From NCBI GenBank assembly GCA_965261735.1, contig OZ253470.1:4160001-4224000 (forward strand): a stretch of DNA of 64,000 nucleotides, written 5' to 3'. This DNA comes from Alphaproteobacteria bacterium. Lineage in GTDB: Bacteria; Pseudomonadota; Alphaproteobacteria; SHVV01. The notes beneath the pieces were generated by a model that was given only the letters and a program-made list of their open reading frames with translations, made no database searches and had not been told where the DNA came from. How positions within the stretch are numbered: position 1 is the stretch's first letter; every line of letters starts with the position of its first letter. Shown in pieces: positions 51,917 through 62,564 of the stretch. The position numbers and the translations under genes were made by a program.

Positions 51917-52744
51917 TCAGCGCCGCAGGAAGTCCTCCACGACTTGGTTGAACTTTTCGGGGTGCTCGCTCTGCGGCAAATGGCCGCATTCCTCGAAGAC
52001 GACCAGCTCGGCGTTGGGCATGCGCGCTACGCCCTTTTCGTGCCAGCGCCAGTCCGCCCGGATGTCGTTGCGCCCGACGATGACGAGCGTCGGCGCGGCG
52101 ATCTCCTCGAGTCGCGTGAATACGCGCAGCGTGTCCGATTCGGCGGCGCCCTTCAGGCCCGTGAGCGCCTGGCGGTAGCCGTCCAGGCGGTCGGGGATGG
52201 CGTAGGACGTGAGTTCGGCCAGCAAGATCTCGTCAGGCACCGTCGCCGGATCGTGAACGATCGTGGCGAAGCGTTCGTGGCACGTCTCCCAGGTCGGGTT
52301 GAGGAACGCTCGCGACGCATTCTCGTAAGCCGCGTCGAGTGTCCTGACGACGTCCTCTGGCGGATTGAAGGTCGAGCCGCTGCCGATGATGACGAGCTTC
52401 TCGATGCCCTCGGGCCGATGGAAGTAAAGGAGCGCCGACAGGATACCGCCGTAGGAGCTGCCTCCGGCCGAGTAGCTGTCGTGCCCCACCAGCTCCATGA
52501 AGCGGTCGAGATGTTTGACGACGTGAGGCTGCGGCGGCTCGTCGCCGAAGTCGACGTGGTCGGTGAAGCCGTGGCCGAGTACGTCGGGGGCGTAAACGGC
52601 GAACTCGCGCGCGAGCACGTCGATGTTGCGCACGAACATATCGCCCGAGGTGCCGACTGGATGGGTGAGGAGGAGCGGCCTGCCGCTCCCCTCGTGCAGG
52701 TAGCGGGTGCGCACCCCGTCGACGTCAATAAAACTGACCTTCAT
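51917..52744 (-). CDS. alpha/beta hydrolase (MhpC/BphD-like), paralog
   Basis: PDVLGHG, GSSYGG, GRND, CGHLPQSEHP. Confidence 0.9.
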   Translation of the reverse strand: MKVSFIDVDGVRTRYLHEGSGRPLLLTHPVGTSGDMFVRNIDVLAREFAVYAPDVLGHGFTDHVDFGDEPPQPHVVKHLDRFMELVGHDSYSAGGSSYGGILSALLYFHRPEGIEKLVIIGSGSTFNPPEDVVRTLDAAYENASRAFLNPTWETCHERFATIVHDPATVPDEILLAELTSYAIPDRLDGYRQALTGLKGAAESDTLRVFTRLEEIAAPTLVIVGRNDIRADWRWHEKGVARMPNAELVVFEECGHLPQSEHPEKFNQVVEDFLRR

Positions 52745-52874
52745 GGACCGGGCTCCCGGACGCCTCCGCAAAGTGAGGCGGCTCTGCAGTGCCTAGCTGC
52801 GGGCGCCCGGCGCGGCGCAGTCGGGCGAGCCCGCCGGGGGAAGAACCCCCGGCGAAACTTACATGATGGCGCGC

Positions 52875-53885
52875 TCAGGCGAGGAAGGGGCGCTTCTCCG
52901 GCGCTTCGTTCGCCAGGGCCGCAAAGTCAGGACCGCGGGTGTAGTAGAACTCGAGCAGCAGCTCGTCGGGATCGCGCAGGAAGAAGGCCCGCTTGGCGAC
53001 ATTGTCGACCGACATCTCGATGGTGACGCCTTGCTTGGTGAGCGCGGCCTCGGCTTGCTCGACCGATGCCTCGTCGGGCATTTCCAGTCCCACGTGGTGG
53101 TAGCCGACCTCGAGACCCGGCGCCTGCGTGAAGACCGCGCAATGGTAGTCGCGCGTCGATGCCTGGCCACGCAGGAAGGCGTAGCTCTTGTCGGGCGCGG
53201 CGTAGGCCACGTCGAAACCGGCGATCTGGGTGTAGAAATCCAGGAGCCGGTCGAAGTCACTGACGATGAAGACGCCGCGTCCGGCCCGCAACGGGTGGAC
53301 GGGCGCTTCCTCGACCACGTCGAACTTCGGGTCGGGGTCCCACAGCGCCTCGGTCAGCGGGGGCGGATCGCCCGGCGTCCATTGGCTCGTGATCAGCCCG
53401 AGGTCGCCGTTGCCATGGAATATCGCGCGCCAGTCGCGCGTCATGTCGGCATAGAACTCGTGGATGTTGCCGTCGGGGTCGAACACGTAAATGGCGTGCG
53501 AGCCGCCGTGATCGAGGCAGCGGCTGATCTCGTAGCCGGAATCCATGGCGCGCCCGTAGGCCTCGACCAGATGCGCCTCGTTGTCGGTCTCCCAGCCAAA
53601 ATGGTTGAGCCCCGGGCCCTTCCAGTGGCCCTGGATCGACTGCACCTTGCCGTCCTTGCCGACGCGCGGCTTCTCGCTCGCCTCGACGAGGCCGAAATCA
53701 TGGTGCGAGTTGCCGTTCGACAGGAACCCGGCCTTGATCGAAGCCTCGCGGCCGACCGGCGCGAAACCGCAGACCTTGTTGTAGAACTCGATCGAGCGGA
53801 CATGGTCGCTGACGTATAAATTGGCGTGGCCGAGCCGGCGTGGCTCGAACCGAACCGCCTGCTTCGCCTGTTCTTGCACGCTCAT
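52875..53885 (-). CDS. two-domain VOC protein, extradiol-dioxygenase-like
   Basis: RRLGHANL, HHDFGL, LNHFGWE, DHGGSHAIYVFDPDGNIHEFY; second domain YHHVGLE, RDPDELLLEFY. Confidence 0.85.
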   Translation of the reverse strand: MSVQEQAKQAVRFEPRRLGHANLYVSDHVRSIEFYNKVCGFAPVGREASIKAGFLSNGNSHHDFGLVEASEKPRVGKDGKVQSIQGHWKGPGLNHFGWETDNEAHLVEAYGRAMDSGYEISRCLDHGGSHAIYVFDPDGNIHEFYADMTRDWRAIFHGNGDLGLITSQWTPGDPPPLTEALWDPDPKFDVVEEAPVHPLRAGRGVFIVSDFDRLLDFYTQIAGFDVAYAAPDKSYAFLRGQASTRDYHCAVFTQAPGLEVGYHHVGLEMPDEASVEQAEAALTKQGVTIEMSVDNVAKRAFFLRDPDELLLEFYYTRGPDFAALANEAPEKRPFLA

Positions 53886-54949
53886 GATTTCACCCCATGT
53901 TTGGTTCGCGCGGTGGCGAACACCGCAGCTCCCGCGCATCCCGTTGGGCGCGCCGGCAAATCTCTACACCGCCATTTCTAGCCGGTTCTCCGACCCTCCG
54001 CAAGAATGCCGGGCGTTCGGTGGTGTTTCCGTTTGGCATCTCTAACAAGCCGACTTGCTTAAGGCGCCGCAGTTCTCGACACCCGCGCACCGGCCGAACA
54101 ACGAGTTCAAGCTGAGAGCAAGCGCTCGATCGGCATTTCAGCTGCATCGCTTATCGGGCGGGACAGGTAGAACTCTGCGAGAAGATGGCCCTCGGCCTCG
54201 GCACCGGTCGGGTCGATACCCCGGCCGCGCAGCTGTTCGGGCACTTGCTCCTGTTCATCCGCCGAGGCGAACCGACGCTGAAAGAAGGTTTGGCCGTCGA
54301 GCTTTTCGGTCACGTAGCCCCATTCGTTCAAGGTCTCCTCGATCGCGTCGAAGCGAAACAACCGCAGCACGAAATTGGCTATCCACGGCGGCCGACCTTG
54401 CGTCACCGCCGGCAACAAGCGGTCGAAACTCCTCTCGGTCACGTAGCCGACGCACCGGTCGATGTCACCAAATCGACCGGCGCCAGATCTTCCTTCGCCG
54501 ACGCTGAAAGCGGCTCGGTTTCGAGGTTCACAGCGAGACCCTCATCCAACAGGCCGACCTCCTCGGCAAATGCGATGGCGTTTTCGGCCTGGTCGAGCCC
54601 GATCACCTCGATGCCTCCAGATTCGTCAAGATCGGCAAAAAGACTCTGGTTGTGCGCGACGAACTCCTCCGGCGCGGCGTCCGCCAGGTCCTGCTGGCCC
54701 CAATGTTCGTATAGGTCCTCCATCGACAGGTCATGCTTGAGGAGCGCCGCGTTGACGCCGTAGGAACAACCCAAGTCAAGGAGGTGGACCGTGTCGTCCC
54801 GGCGTCGGCGCAGGTGGCGGATCAGTTTTTGGAAGATGGGCTTGGCCCTGCCGGGTATTGCGTAGCCGAGCTTTTTCAGTTCGCGGAAATAAACCCTTGG
54901 GTCGGACTGATTATAGATCGAATCCATGTTGGCTTTGGCTTCATTGATC

Positions 54950-56054
54950 CTTTCCTATCCGGTTTACACCCACACCCACTAGGGCTAGAATGGGCGCAAC
55001 CCGGATATAGGGGAGCGCGCCATGGATGTTCTCGACCGCGCCGATCTCCCATTCCCGCATTCGCTACCCGAGTTCCAGCGACTTTTCCCCGATGATGCGG
55101 CCTGCGCCGCCTACCTGGAGAAAGCCCGCTGGGGAGACGGCTTTGCCTGCCCGCACTGCGGCACGGCGGGAGAGCCGTTCCACTTTGAAAACCGCCCTGG
55201 CGTCCTGCGCTGCCGCAAGTGCCGCCAGAACACCGGGTTGACGGTGGGAACAGTGATGGAGCGTAGCCACACTCCGCTGAACGTCTGGTTCTGGGCCGCT
55301 TATCTGGTCGCCAGTCAGACGCCCGGCATGTCCGCCGTGCAGTTTCAGCGGCAACTTGGTCTTTCGCGCTACGAGACGGCCTTTCAAATTCTCCACAAGC
55401 TCCGCTCGGGCATGGTGCGGCCCAACCAAGACAGGATCGGTGGACAGCCCAAGAACCATGTTGAGGTGGACGAAACCTGGGTTGGCGGGCGAACGCGTGG
55501 GGAAGGCCGTGGTGTTCACCACAAGGTTCCCGTCTCCTGTGCCATCGAGGTGCGTCATCGAAAGCCGGGCACCAAGCTCGACAACCGGAAAGACGGACGC
55601 TATGCCGGACGCGTTCGGCTCGCCGTCGTGCTCGACCGTAGCGCCGAGTCGCTCTGTGGGTTCGTCGAGAGCACCGTCGCGCCGGGATCGCTGATCGTTA
55701 CTGACGATTGGAGCGGCTATGCTGGCCTCGGTAAGCGCGGCTATGAGCACTTCGCTGTTGCCGAGTGTGGTGATCCAGAGGTTGCCGAGCAATACCTGCC
55801 GATCATCCATCTGGTTTTCGCCAACCTGAAGACGTGGCTGATCGGTATCCACCACGGCGTTAGCCACCAGCACCTACAAGCCTACCTCAACGAGTTCACC
55901 TTCCGCTTCAACAGGCGGTTCTACCCGTTCAACGCCTTCCGCTCATTGCTCGGCATCGCGGGCGACACCTCTGCTCCAACCTATGCCGAGCTTTACTCGG
56001 GAGAGTGGCGGCACCCTACATGTAGCGGTCATGGGCGTTAACCGGATAGGCAAG
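54950..56054 (+). mobile_element. IS1595-family insertion sequence
   Basis: IRs CTTTCCTATCCGGTTTACACCC and GGGCGTTAACCGGATAGGCAAG; 8-bp TSD CATTGATC at 54942-54949 and 56055-56062. Confidence 0.93.
55022..56041 (+). CDS. IS1595-family transposase
   Basis: CPHC...CRKC zinc ribbon, VEVDETW, TDDW.GY, YLNEFTFRFNRR. Confidence 0.95.
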   Translation: MDVLDRADLPFPHSLPEFQRLFPDDAACAAYLEKARWGDGFACPHCGTAGEPFHFENRPGVLRCRKCRQNTGLTVGTVMERSHTPLNVWFWAAYLVASQTPGMSAVQFQRQLGLSRYETAFQILHKLRSGMVRPNQDRIGGQPKNHVEVDETWVGGRTRGEGRGVHHKVPVSCAIEVRHRKPGTKLDNRKDGRYAGRVRLAVVLDRSAESLCGFVESTVAPGSLIVTDDWSGYAGLGKRGYEHFAVAECGDPEVAEQYLPIIHLVFANLKTWLIGIHHGVSHQHLQAYLNEFTFRFNRRFYPFNAFRSLLGIAGDTSAPTYAELYSGEWRHPTCSGHGR

Positions 56055-56288
56055 CATTGATCTCCTCAAAGGCGGTATCGCCCGTCATTGGCACTCTCCG
56101 TGGTGTCCTCCATCGTCGCCCTTTGCTGTACCCGGGATGGCCGCACAGCGGCCTTCGACCGCCACCCGGCACACCGGCCAGACAACACGAGACCGCTGCG
56201 CGGATGCGGCGCGAGACAAAATTTCGCACTTTGGGCTTGTCTCAGGGAGACTAGCACCATCGTCGGCAAGGTGAAACCGGAGCCCGGG

Positions 56289-57398
56289 CTACGAACGGTT
56301 CCTCGCCAGCTTCCTGAATGACTCTACGTCCAATTCGCGCCGCAATGCCGTGGAGGTGGCCTCCTTTTCCTCTTCAAGCTCGACGCCACATGAATCGGCG
56401 ACCAACCCGAGCGCATTGAAGGCACCAACGACTGCCGCGGCATCGACGAGGGCTTCGGCCCCGAGAGTCGAGGCAACCGCCTGTCGCGCGCCGGCGAGGC
56501 GGTCGTCGTCGGTGTTGATTACTGCGTCTGCGAATTCGAGCAACGTCTCGCTGCCCCGAATATGCTGCTCCCTGCGACCATCCCGTATGGCCCGCATGTC
56601 GTAGGAGGTTCCGGTTGGTTCACCGCTCGCACGGAGCCGTATGGCATGCGTGACCGTTCAGTAGAAGCATTGGTTGAGGGCCGCGACCCGGCTTGCCAGT
56701 AGCTCGATCTGGGGATGGGTTAGGGCGCGGTGCTCATGTTCGAAATCGAACATCGCCCACCCCGGCAGGTACTGGCTGTTGATGACGTCGAAGAAACTCC
56801 GCATCTCGTCGGGGACGAGCGACAGCGCACACCAGATGTTGGAACTGCCGCCGCCCTCGAACAGGTCGGCTTCCTCGGGGCCGTGATCGCCTGGCACGAT
56901 GGTCGCGACCCAAGACCCATTGTCCTTGACGCCGCTCGGCCGGCGCCGCGACGGCACGCCCTGTCGAGGCTCGGGAATCGGGTACGGTGTGATGCCGAGA
57001 CCGCGGGCAAAGGTATCGATGGCGACGACGTGCGCCACGACACTCACGACTTCGACATATTCCTCGTCGCTCAGCCCGCCGGCGATCACACCGTCAAACC
57101 ACTGACGCGTAAGTCGGGCTGGATCGGTGACCATGCGGTGAACAAGGTCGACCATATTGGCGGGCAGCGAGCCGACGCTGTCGTGCTCACCCTCGACAGC
57201 GGTGGGCGATAGGGCCTCGTTGCGGCGGCCGCAGAGGTCGCAGCGTTGTGCATTTCGGGCCTCGGCGGCGATGGCGCCCCGCGTATCGGCCTGCCACCAC
57301 GTGCCGGGCACGCCAAGCCGCTCCCACGCGCGATGGTAAGCGTCGGACAGATCCGCACGGATCGATAGCGACGATGACTCAGGGGGAGGCGTTTTCAT
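56289..57398 (-). CDS. AhpD/CMD-like protein, probable selenoprotein read through UGA at 56658-56660 (369 aa)
   Basis: QIELLASRVAALNQCFY*TVTH continues in frame into the 56289-56597 ORF; CxxU plus His; hairpin at 56625-56637. Confidence 0.7.
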
Positions 57399-58391
57399 CT
57401 AGTCGGCGCGAACGGCGTCCAGCGCGGCGTTAAGATCGGCCGGTAGATCGAGCTCTGCGCTGGCGACCAGGCTGTCGAGTTGCGCCAACGTGCGGCAGCT
57501 CGAGAGCACCGTGGCCACGCCCGGCCGCTCGCGCACCCAGGCGAGCGCCATGCGCGCTGGATCGAGCCCCGCCGCTCGGGCCAGGCCTGCGTAGCGGTCG
57601 GCGGCGGTGAGGTGGCGCTCGGTGCCCCAGCGCGGGCGGTACCTAGAAAAGCGTGACAGGCGCGAGCCGCGCGGTAAGACGCCGCCCGAATACTTGCCGG
57701 TGAGCACCCCCATCGCGAGCGGTGAGAACGCCATCAGGCCGACGTCCTCGCGCACGCAGACCTCTTGCATGCTGGCCTCGAACCCCCGATCGAGCAGGTT
57801 GTAGACGTTCTGCAACGATACCATGCACGGTAGCCCGGTGGTCTCGGCGAGGGCGACGAATCGCGTCAGACCCCACGGCGTTTCGTTGCTCACGCCGGCG
57901 TAGCGCACCTTGCCTGCCTCGATCAGGCGGGCGAGGCATTCGAGCTGTTCGACCATCGGAATCGCGCGGTCGGGCCAATGGAGTTGGTAGAGATCGACGT
58001 AGTCGGTGCCGAGGCGCTTGAGCGAGCCGTCGAGGGCGCGCTCGATGTGGAAGCGGTCGAGCGCGGTGTTGCTGCTCCGGATGTGGGGAACGAGATTGCC
58101 GACCGCCTCGTTGGGGCCGCACACCTTAGTGGTGATAATCAGCGCGTCGCGGCCACGCCGGCGCTTGAGCCAGCGGCCGAGCAGCGCCTCGGACGTACCG
58201 TAGGTCACGCGCACGTTCTTCGCCAGGCCGTCGGCCATCTCCGACAGGTCGAGGAAATTGATCCCGCCGTCGACGGCGCAGTCGAGCAGCGGGAAGCTCG
58301 CGCGGTCGTCTAGCGTGCCGCCGAAGGTCATGGTCCCGAGGCTGACGCTCGACACCCGCAGGCCACTGCGCCCCAACCGGCGATACCTCAT
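57399..58391 (-). CDS. aldo/keto reductase (Tas-like)
   Basis: LGTMTFG, SLKRLGTDYVDLYQLHWP, GVSNET, FSPLAMGVLTGKY; the usual D..E.Y reads DLSEMA, so the catalytic Tyr may be altered. Confidence 0.9.
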   Translation of the reverse strand: MRYRRLGRSGLRVSSVSLGTMTFGGTLDDRASFPLLDCAVDGGINFLDLSEMADGLAKNVRVTYGTSEALLGRWLKRRRGRDALIITTKVCGPNEAVGNLVPHIRSSNTALDRFHIERALDGSLKRLGTDYVDLYQLHWPDRAIPMVEQLECLARLIEAGKVRYAGVSNETPWGLTRFVALAETTGLPCMVSLQNVYNLLDRGFEASMQEVCVREDVGLMAFSPLAMGVLTGKYSGGVLPRGSRLSRFSRYRPRWGTERHLTAADRYAGLARAAGLDPARMALAWVRERPGVATVLSSCRTLAQLDSLVASAELDLPADLNAALDAVRAD

Positions 58392-58474
58392 GGCCGTGCA
58401 CTCAAGCACCGGGCTCCCGGGGGGTCAAGCGGGGCTGGGCTCGCGCGGGCCCGGGCGGCGCGCTAGGGTAGGGC

Positions 58475-59314
58475 GTGGAGCTCTTCCTGCGGATCGCCCT
58501 TATCGCCCTTGTCGGCTACGCCCTGCTCGTAGGCGGGATGTATGTGTTTCAGCGCTCGCTGATGTACTTCCCGGCGCCTGGCGCGGGAGCGCCCGCAGCG
58601 GCCGCGGTCCCCGAGATGGCGGTCCATAAGCTGGTCGCCGCCGATGGGGTAGTGCTCGTCGCCTGGTACGCTCATGCGGCGTCAGGTCAGCCGACGCTCG
58701 TCTACTTCCACGGCAATGGCGGCAACATCGCCGACCGCGGCCCTCGGGTGCGACCGTTCATCAACGCCGGCCACGGCGTGCTTCTCCTGAGCTACCGCGG
58801 ATACGGAGGCAGTAAGGGCCGGCCGAGCGAGGACGGCCTCTACGCCGACGGCCGGGCCGCCTTGGATTTTCTCGCCGGGGCGGGCGTGCTACCCGACCGG
58901 GTGGTACTGTTGGGTGAATCGCTGGGATCGGCCATCGCGGTGCGGCTGGCCAGCGAGCGCCGCGTGGCCGCCGTGATCCTCGAGGCGCCGTTCACCTCGG
59001 CGGCCGACGTGGCGGCGAGCGCCTATCCCTTCGTTCCCGCTCGCTGGCTGGTCAAGGACCGCTATGCCTCGATCGAGCGCATCGCCGATATTGGAGTGCC
59101 GCTGCTCATCGTGCATGGCGAAGCCGACCGCATCGTGCCGGCCCGCTTCGGGCGCGCGCTGCTCGCCGTGGCACGCGAGCCCAAGCGCGGCGTCTTCCTG
59201 GTAGGGGCCGGCCACAACGATCTGCCCTCGTTCGGATCGACCGACGCGGAGCTCGCGTTCCTGGCCGAGCTGTTTGCAGGCCTCAGTCGGGCGTCGTCGT
59301 CCGGTCCCCCGTGA
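58475..59314 (+). CDS. alpha/beta hydrolase (ABHD13/Bem46-like)
   Basis: N-terminal TM, YFHGNGGN, YRGYG.S.G.PSE.G, GESLG, GHND. Confidence 0.92.
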   Translation: MELFLRIALIALVGYALLVGGMYVFQRSLMYFPAPGAGAPAAAAVPEMAVHKLVAADGVVLVAWYAHAASGQPTLVYFHGNGGNIADRGPRVRPFINAGHGVLLLSYRGYGGSKGRPSEDGLYADGRAALDFLAGAGVLPDRVVLLGESLGSAIAVRLASERRVAAVILEAPFTSAADVAASAYPFVPARWLVKDRYASIERIADIGVPLLIVHGEADRIVPARFGRALLAVAREPKRGVFLVGAGHNDLPSFGSTDAELAFLAELFAGLSRASSSGPP

Positions 59315-59720
59315 GCGCCATCGCGAGCGCATCGAACGGCAACAGCACGCAGGCGTGACGGCTACGGTGGTCGGCCACCGGCACGAACGCTGCGAGATCG
59401 GCCCACTCGCCAGCCGGCGGCGGGCCGTTTGCCTCAAGCATGGCCCTGAGTTCGTCCGCGGCGGCCGCCGCCTCTGCGCCGGTGGTACCAACGGCTCGCT
59501 CCGCAAGGATCGCCGCCGCGGCCTTGCACAGCACGCACCCGCGGGTGTGGTGGGCGATGTCGGCGATGCGGCCAGCGGCGATACGGACGTCGAAGGTGAC
59601 GCGATCGCCGCAGAGTGGGTTGTCCGCCGTCGCCGTTGCATCCGGGTCCGCCAACCGGCCGGCGCGAAGCTCGGAGCGGGCGTGGCCGAGGATGGCCTCC
59701 TGATAGAGGTTGTCGTTCAT
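59283..59720 (-). CDS. SufU/IscU-like sulfur acceptor
   Basis: LYQEAIL.H, NPLCGD, GCVLC, RHACVLLP. Confidence 0.88.
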   Translation of the reverse strand: MNDNLYQEAILGHARSELRAGRLADPDATATADNPLCGDRVTFDVRIAAGRIADIAHHTRGCVLCKAAAAILAERAVGTTGAEAAAAADELRAMLEANGPPPAGEWADLAAFVPVADHRSRHACVLLPFDALAMALTGDRTTTPD

Positions 59721-60952
59721 GACAGCCGCCTGATGGCATCATCCAGTCCGGTGAGGAAGGCGTCGATGTCGCGCTCATCGTTATACACGGCAATGCTCGC
59801 ACGCGTCGTTCCGGCCAGACCGAGATGGTCCATGAGCGGTTGCGCGCAGTGGTGGCCACCGCGCAGCGCCACCCCGTGTCCGTCGAGCACTTGGCAGATG
59901 TCGTGCGGGTGGACACCGCGGACATCGAACGACACGACCGGAAGGCGCGCCTGAAGCCCCAAGGGCCCGATGACACGCAGCCGGGCATGGCCCGGATCGA
60001 GCGCCGCCAGGCCATCGAGGAGGCGCCCCGTCAGCCCCCGCAGGTGGCTCTCGGCGCCGGCACCATCGAGCGCCCCGATCCACTCCATCGCCGCGGCCAG
60101 GCCGACGGCCTGCGCGATCGGCGGCGTGCCGGCCTCGAACCGGTGGGGCGGCGGCGCATAGGTCGTGTGATCGAGGGTCACGCGGCGGATCATTTCGCCG
60201 CCGCCGAGAAATGGTGGCAGATCGGCGAGCAGTTCGGCCCGCCCCCACAGCACGCCGATCCCGTTGGGGCCGAACATCTTATGTCCCGAGAAGGCGCAGA
60301 AATCGATTTCGAGGGCCTGGACGTCGAGGGCGCCGTGCGGGGCGCGCTGGGCGGCATCCAGCAATACCCGCGCGCCAGCGCCACGCGCGGCCTCGACGAT
60401 CGGGGCCACGTCAGAGAGCGCTCCCGTCACGTTCGAGGCGAGGGTAAGCGCGATCAGCCGGCAGCGCTCGGTCACGACGGAGTCGAGGCGGGAGAGGTCG
60501 AGCCGACCATCGTCCGTCACTGGCAGGACCTTGAGCACGATCCCCTTACGCTCACGCAGCATCTGCCAGGGCACCACATTGCTGTGGTGTTCGAGTAGCG
60601 AGATCACCACCTCGTCGCCCTCCGCCAGCCCGCCGCCGAAGGCATGCGCGACGAGGTTGATTCCGGCGGTCGTGCCCGAGGTGAAGATGACCTCATCGGC
60701 GCTGCGTGCATTGAGGTACCGCCCGGCCGTGCGGCGCGCCTCGGCGTAGGCCTCGGTTGCGGCTTCGGCGAGGCGGTGCACGCCGCGCAGGACGTTGGCC
60801 CGGCGCTGCGTCTCGTGCCGCGTCATCGCCGCGATTACGTCGTCGGGGGTCTGGCTGGTGGCGGCATTGTCGAGATAGTGCAACGTGGCGCCGTCGGCGC
60901 CTGGGGCGAGGATCCGGAACTGGCGGCGGATGGCCGCGACGTCGAACGCCAC
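59717..60952 (-). CDS. sufS: SufS-type cysteine desulfurase/selenocysteine lyase
   Basis: YLDNAATSQ, EHHSN.VPW, SGHKMFGP, RGGHHCAQPL. Confidence 0.93.
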   Translation of the reverse strand: MAFDVAAIRRQFRILAPGADGATLHYLDNAATSQTPDDVIAAMTRHETQRRANVLRGVHRLAEAATEAYAEARRTAGRYLNARSADEVIFTSGTTAGINLVAHAFGGGLAEGDEVVISLLEHHSNVVPWQMLRERKGIVLKVLPVTDDGRLDLSRLDSVVTERCRLIALTLASNVTGALSDVAPIVEAARGAGARVLLDAAQRAPHGALDVQALEIDFCAFSGHKMFGPNGIGVLWGRAELLADLPPFLGGGEMIRRVTLDHTTYAPPPHRFEAGTPPIAQAVGLAAAMEWIGALDGAGAESHLRGLTGRLLDGLAALDPGHARLRVIGPLGLQARLPVVSFDVRGVHPHDICQVLDGHGVALRGGHHCAQPLMDHLGLAGTTRASIAVYNDERDIDAFLTGLDDAIRRLS

Positions 60953-60953
60953 T

Positions 60954-62564
60954 TCAGCCCCGCGCCGCCTCGAGCGCCGCTAGTGCCCGGGGCGTGTCGA
61001 CATCTACGAAGATCGCATCGTCCTCGAACACGACTTCACACACGGCGTCGCGGTTCTCATCGATCAGGTGTCGCGCGCCGGTATCGCCGCTGAGCCCGCG
61101 CATTTGGGCGAAGTACCGCGCTCCCCACAGGACGGGATTGCCGCGCCGACCGTCGCGGGTGGGGACGCAGATAGCCTGACTGGCCGCCGGATCGAACGCC
61201 GCGATCAGGTGGTCGAGGTGCGGCGCGGTAATGCGCGGCATGTCGCCAAGGCAGATGAGGGCGCCGTCGACGCCGTCCGGCAGTGCCGCGAGCCCGGCCG
61301 CGAGCGAGGTACTCAACCCCTCCCGGTAATTCGGATTGTGAACGAGGCTGACGGGGCACCCGGCCAAGGCCGTGTCGATACGCCCCGCCTGGAAACCCGT
61401 CACCACGACCACGGGATGCGCCCGCGAGGCCAGCGCCGCCTCGACAACGCGGCGCACCATGGCCACGCCGCCTGTCTCGGCCGTGAGCTTGTTCGCACGG
61501 CCCATCCGCCGTGATTCGCCGGCCGCCAGCACGAGCGCCGCAATCGCCGCGGGCTTCGGTCTCGCGGGCTCGCGAGGCTGTGGTCGCCCCGGCATTTCCT
61601 TGAGCAGGCCGCCGACGCCGAGGCCGGCGAGATCTTGCGCGCTCACCGCAACGCCGGCGAGAAGGCAGCGCAGCACGTAGTCGAAGCCGTTGAGCCGGAG
61701 CGAGCGGGCGGAGCCGGGCAGGCCGAGGATCGGTACTTCGTCGCGGTAGGCGAGCAGCAGCAGGTTGCCAGGATCGACCGGCATGCCGAGGCGCTCGATG
61801 CGCCCGCCGATTCGCTCGATGGCCCCCGGTACAACGTCGCGGCGATCGATGATCGCGGAGGCGCCGAACACGAGAACGGGCGCACAGCCGTCGGCGATGA
61901 GGTCCGCCACCGCTTCGGCCACCGCCTCCTCGGTGTGGGCGCACCGTGTCTCGCGCGTAATCTCGCTGCCGAGATTGTCGAGCCGCGTGGCCAGAGTCGC
62001 CGCGGTCTTGTCGAGGACGCTCTCCTTGAGGCCCGGCAGGCGCGTCATCACCAGCCCCGCCGGCCGCGGCCGGAGCGCGGCGACCGAGACTGCCGCGGGA
62101 GCGCGCGCGCGCCGCTCGCATTTCTCCAGCAGCGACCCCGGCACGGCTAGCGGAATGACCTTGACCGTGGCCACGAGCTGCCCGGCCTCGACCACCTCGT
62201 AGGGCGCCACAGTCGCGACGGTCAGCGCCTCATCGATGCCGTTGACGGCGTCCACCTGCGAGCGGTCGATCAGGGCCACGCCACGGGACGTGGCGTGCAG
62301 GTTGCACCGGCCGGTGAACGGCTTTGCGAAGCGCAGGTGCGCGCCCGCGAGACAGCGCGCGATGCGCTCGGCCGCCTCGTCCTCGCGCACATCGCCCGCC
62401 GCGAGCCGCGCGCCGATGATATCCGCGTGCCCAACACGCCGCAGCAACGCGATGTCCGCGGCGGTCAGCCGTCGCCCCTTCTTCAGGCGCTCTTTCTTGA
62501 CCGTGACGCTGTGCCCGAGGAGGGCGCCTTCGGCGTCCTCGAGCGCGATGCGGCCGAACCTCAT
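60954..62564 (-). CDS. molybdopterin-binding domain fused to MocA-like cytidylyltransferase
   Basis: GMPVDPGNLL; LAAGESRRMG.NKL, LGDMP, GNPVLW, GDTGAR, DVDTP. Confidence 0.9.
   Translation of the reverse strand: MRFGRIALEDAEGALLGHSVTVKKERLKKGRRLTAADIALLRRVGHADIIGARLAAGDVREDEAAERIARCLAGAHLRFAKPFTGRCNLHATSRGVALIDRSQVDAVNGIDEALTVATVAPYEVVEAGQLVATVKVIPLAVPGSLLEKCERRARAPAAVSVAALRPRPAGLVMTRLPGLKESVLDKTAATLATRLDNLGSEITRETRCAHTEEAVAEAVADLIADGCAPVLVFGASAIIDRRDVVPGAIERIGGRIERLGMPVDPGNLLLLAYRDEVPILGLPGSARSLRLNGFDYVLRCLLAGVAVSAQDLAGLGVGGLLKEMPGRPQPREPARPKPAAIAALVLAAGESRRMGRANKLTAETGGVAMVRRVVEAALASRAHPVVVVTGFQAGRIDTALAGCPVSLVHNPNYREGLSTSLAAGLAALPDGVDGALICLGDMPRITAPHLDHLIAAFDPAASQAICVPTRDGRRGNPVLWGARYFAQMRGLSGDTGARHLIDENRDAVCEVVFEDDAIFVDVDTPRALAALEAARG

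Larger units (their letters stand above)
54107..56088 (-). pseudogene. SAM-dependent methyltransferase-like gene, broken by IS1595 and a 1-nt deletion near 54455
   Basis: Removing the IS restores MTGDTAFEEINEAKANMDSIY; LLDLGCSYG motif I; TG-CVGYV frameshift. Confidence 0.85.
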
